From Actinomycetota bacterium (GTDB lineage Bacteria > Actinomycetota > Acidimicrobiia > Acidimicrobiales > Ilumatobacteraceae), in assembly GCA_027731085.1 (NCBI GenBank), contig JAQCDG010000001.1, forward strand, positions 5,179 through 69,178: a DNA stretch of 64,000 nucleotides, read 5' to 3'. The notes below the pieces were generated by a model that had not been told where the DNA came from, searched no databases, and saw only the letters and a list, made by a program, of their open reading frames with translations. The position numbers and the translations under genes were made by a program. Below are positions 61,301 to 64,000 of this stretch, one piece after another. Position 1 is the first letter of the stretch, and each line of letters starts with the position of its first letter.

Positions 61301-63286
61301 TCAAGAAACATTATTTGCCTGTCCAACATCAATGGATAGTTGGTTTATGAAATCAGTTAACGGCACATCACGACGCACATCGCCGCCACGTGGGTTGACG
61401 CCGACGGTTGCATTTGCAACATCGTCGTCACCGACAACCAACACATACGGGATTCGCTCTAACTTTGAAGCACGAATTCGTTTGCCGAGTTGCTCGTCGG
61501 CAACGAGTTGATCGACGCGATAACCACTTTTAATCAGACGACCTGCGACGGTTGCTGCATATTCTTCGTGTGCCGACGCAACGGCTAAAACTCGCACTTG
61601 AACTGGTGCGAGCCAAGTCGGAAACGCCCCGCTGTAATGTTCGAGCAACACGCCAAAGAAGCGCTCGATCGAACCAAACAGCGCGCGATGCAACATGATC
61701 GGACGCTTTCGTGCGTTGTCAGTTGCAATGTATTCAAGACCAAATCGCTCAGGCAGATTGAAGTCGCATTGAATCGTGCTTAACTGCCACTTTCGGCCGA
61801 TTGCATCGCGCACATCGATGTCAATTTTCGGTCCGTAAAACGCCGCATCACCTGGCGCAACCGTGTACTGCAAACCATGACGGTTGAGTGCTTCGCGCAA
61901 AGCATCTGTTGCCTTTGCCCAGATCTCGTCAGAGCCGACAGATTTGTCGGCGTTACGAGTGCTGAGTTTGAAATCAAAATCGTTGAAGCCAAAACGACGC
62001 AACACACTCAGCACGAAGTCAAGCAGAGAAGCAATTTCGTCAGCCATTTGCTCTTCGGTACAAAAGATGTGACTGTCGTCTTGTGTGAAACCCCTGATTC
62101 GCAACAAACCGTGCAGCGTGCCCGCGCGTTCATATCGATATACGGTGCCCAATTCGAACAATCGCAATGGCAGTTCGCGATAACTTCGCTGTCGGTCGCG
62201 ATAAATCAAGCAATGCATCGGGCAATTCATCGGCTTGGGATAATAAGTGCCGTTGTCCATCTCCATCGGTGGATACATTCCGTCTTTGTAAAACTGCAGG
62301 TGACCTGAAGTTTCAAACAGATGAGAATTCGCCAAGTGCGGAGTAAAGACGAACTTGTATCCACCGTTTTGATGACGCTCTCTTGAATAGTCCTCCATCA
62401 GTTTGCGCACGATGCCACCCTTCGGATGCCAAACTGCGAGCCCACCGCCAAGCTCTTGCGGAAACGAGAGAAGATCCATCTCGACGGCTAGTCGACGATG
62501 GTCGCGCTTCTCTGCTTCTTCGAGTCGGTGCAGATGCTCGGCGAGCGCCGACTTCGACTCCCATGCGGTGCCATAGATGCGCTGCAACATCGGGCCCTTC
62601 TCGTTGCCGCGCCAATATGCGCCGGCAACTTTCATCAAAGCAAAGTGACCGAGTCGACTTGTTGACGGTACATGTGGTCCACGACAGAGATCAACGAAAT
62701 TCTCGCTGTTGCGATAGACACTGACAGCATCTGAACTGCCGGCTTCGAGTGCGTCGATCGAGTCGGCGTCGCCTTTGGTGACACGTTGAATAATTTCGCA
62801 CTTGTACGGCTGATCTTTGAAAACTTTCAAGGCATCATTTGCCGACATCTCAGAGCGCACAAATGGCTGGTTGGCAGAAATAATTTGTTGCATCCGTTCA
62901 GAAATCGCGACCAAGTCGGCGTCACTGAAAGTTTTTTTGTTTGGCAGTTCGAAGTCATAGTAAAAACCGTCTTCAATCGCCGGACCGATTGAAAACTTGG
63001 CGCCCTCAAAAAGTTGCACGACAGCCTGTGCAAGCACATGTGCCGTTGAGTGGCGCAAAACATGTCGACCAGCATCAGAATCTGCAGTGATAATTGAAAC
63101 TTTCACGCCATCGCCTAAAGCGACGCCCAAATCTGACTCGACACCATTGATCACTGTCGCCACCGCAGCCTGCGCCAATCGCTTGCCAATCGACTGTGCA
63201 AGATCTAAACCCGTCGATCCAACCGGCAAATCTCTTGTCGAGTCGTCAGGCAACCGAACTTTGATCATCGCACTATTGCTTGTCAC
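61301..63286 (-). CDS. thrS: threonine--tRNA ligase
   Basis: 661 aa with an N-terminal TGS domain, the editing-domain motif HSTAHVLA, the class II core (FRLRGFTQDDSHIF-like RIRGFTQDDSHIF) and an anticodon-binding C-terminus. Confidence 0.97.
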   Translation of the reverse strand: MTSNSAMIKVRLPDDSTRDLPVGSTGLDLAQSIGKRLAQAAVATVINGVESDLGVALGDGVKVSIITADSDAGRHVLRHSTAHVLAQAVVQLFEGAKFSIGPAIEDGFYYDFELPNKKTFSDADLVAISERMQQIISANQPFVRSEMSANDALKVFKDQPYKCEIIQRVTKGDADSIDALEAGSSDAVSVYRNSENFVDLCRGPHVPSTSRLGHFALMKVAGAYWRGNEKGPMLQRIYGTAWESKSALAEHLHRLEEAEKRDHRRLAVEMDLLSFPQELGGGLAVWHPKGGIVRKLMEDYSRERHQNGGYKFVFTPHLANSHLFETSGHLQFYKDGMYPPMEMDNGTYYPKPMNCPMHCLIYRDRQRSYRELPLRLFELGTVYRYERAGTLHGLLRIRGFTQDDSHIFCTEEQMADEIASLLDFVLSVLRRFGFNDFDFKLSTRNADKSVGSDEIWAKATDALREALNRHGLQYTVAPGDAAFYGPKIDIDVRDAIGRKWQLSTIQCDFNLPERFGLEYIATDNARKRPIMLHRALFGSIERFFGVLLEHYSGAFPTWLAPVQVRVLAVASAHEEYAATVAGRLIKSGYRVDQLVADEQLGKRIRASKLERIPYVLVVGDDDVANATVGVNPRGGDVRRDVPLTDFINQLSIDVGQANNVS

Positions 63287-63311
63287 GCCTTCAGTCTAGA
63301 TTGTGGCGGTT

Positions 63312-64000
63312 TTAGATATGGGTTCGATCAGCGCTAGATCGCTTGGGTGCGTAGTCATATACATACTCTTGTTTCGTGAGTTCTTGAATTTTCACCATGA
63401 TCTCATCGGTTAGTTCGCGCATAACTTCTGGTTCGTTGGCACGCGATAAATATTTTTGCGTATCAATCGGCGCGCCTATCTCAATTTTGCAGTGCTTACC
63501 GAACTTCGGCATCACCGTGTCTGGGGCCATAATTTCACTCGTGCCTGTTATGCCAACCGGATAAATCGGGCAACCAAACTTAAGCGCCAACCGCGCAGCA
63601 CCCGTGCGACCTTTATATAGACGACCGTCTCTACTTCGTGTGCCCTCGGGGAAGATTCCGAACAACTCGCCACGCGATAACACACCTTCGACGGCGACCA
63701 TTGCAGAGTTTGCATTTTCGCCGCCAGTGCGGTCAAGCGGAATCATGCCAATTTTTGTGAACAACCATCTCGTCTTGAAAGAGTCCATATATTCGCTCTT
63801 GCCAACTACAGACATATTGCGCGGCGAATAAGTGAGCAAAAAGACAGAATCTAAGAAACTGATGTGATTGGCGCACAGAATCGCCGGACCAGTCGTGGGA
63901 ATCTGATCGAAGCCCTCTAAAGAAAACTTCCACAATCGTTTGACGAAGAATCTGACAAAGGGTCTGAAGCGAGTCTGAAACTTGGTCGCGCCAACATATT
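63312..64000 (-). CDS. plsC: 1-acyl-sn-glycerol-3-phosphate acyltransferase (PlsC family), 5' end beyond the window
   Basis: Has the HX4D motif NHISFLD and FPEGTRS. The frame stays open upstream of the ORF-track TTG (63935) to the window edge (..FQTRFRPFVRFFVKRLWKF..), so the N-terminus is outside the window. Confidence 0.8.
   Translation of the reverse strand, partial: YVGATKFQTRFRPFVRFFVKRLWKFSLEGFDQIPTTGPAILCANHISFLDSVFLLTYSPRNMSVVGKSEYMDSFKTRWLFTKIGMIPLDRTGGENANSAMVAVEGVLSRGELFGIFPEGTRSRDGRLYKGRTGAARLALKFGCPIYPVGITGTSEIMAPDTVMPKFGKHCKIEIGAPIDTQKYLSRANEPEVMRELTDEIMVKIQELTKQEYVYDYAPKRSSADRTHI

Overview
This window is a densely packed, almost uninterrupted run of core housekeeping genes. 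I call about 66 CDS, all on the minus strand except two. By my own hand tally only about 1.4 kb (roughly 2%) is non-coding, and many junctions are 1-nt or 4-nt stop/start overlaps.

Gene content and order look like an actinobacterium (Actinomycetota) with a streamlined genome. GC is roughly 50% by eye, not computed. The evidence:
- The actinobacterial integration host factor (mIHF) is present.
- The thrS-HIT-pgsA-acyltransferase-pimA phosphatidylinositol-mannoside operon is present.
- From memory, three blocks that are separate in Mycobacterium tuberculosis lie contiguous here: infC-rpmI-rplT-trmH-pheST...argCBDF; pyrR-pyrB-pyrC-carAB...mihF-gmk-rpoZ-metK-priA-def-fmt; and nusB-efp-pepQ-aroQBKC...aroE-mltG-ruvX-alaS...aspS-hisS-relA-secDF-yajC-ruvCAB-yebC-pdxTS-pimA...thrS.

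I found no rRNA, tRNA, CRISPR array, transposase or integrase, prophage, toxin-antitoxin or defence genes, or biosynthetic cluster. I see no convincing evidence for a novel multi-gene system; this is an ordinary core region.

The observations most worth a second look concern translation initiation and regulation:
- infC has no canonical start codon. It has an AUA candidate that appears coupled to a 7-codon uORF.
- The TrmH-family methyltransferase has a conserved N-terminal domain with no ATG/GTG/TTG anywhere upstream. A CUGA overlap with the rplT stop is one possible start.
- A clear PyrR-binding RNA hairpin overlaps the pyrR Shine-Dalgarno (SD, ribosome-binding) sequence.
- PriA has no Walker A motif.
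- Gene content departs from the canonical synteny in several places: no argJ, pyrF, coaBC or apt; tgt-queA retained; an opposite-strand LLM oxidoreductase inside the PIM operon.

All family assignments come from reading the translated ORFs by eye. No database search was run.
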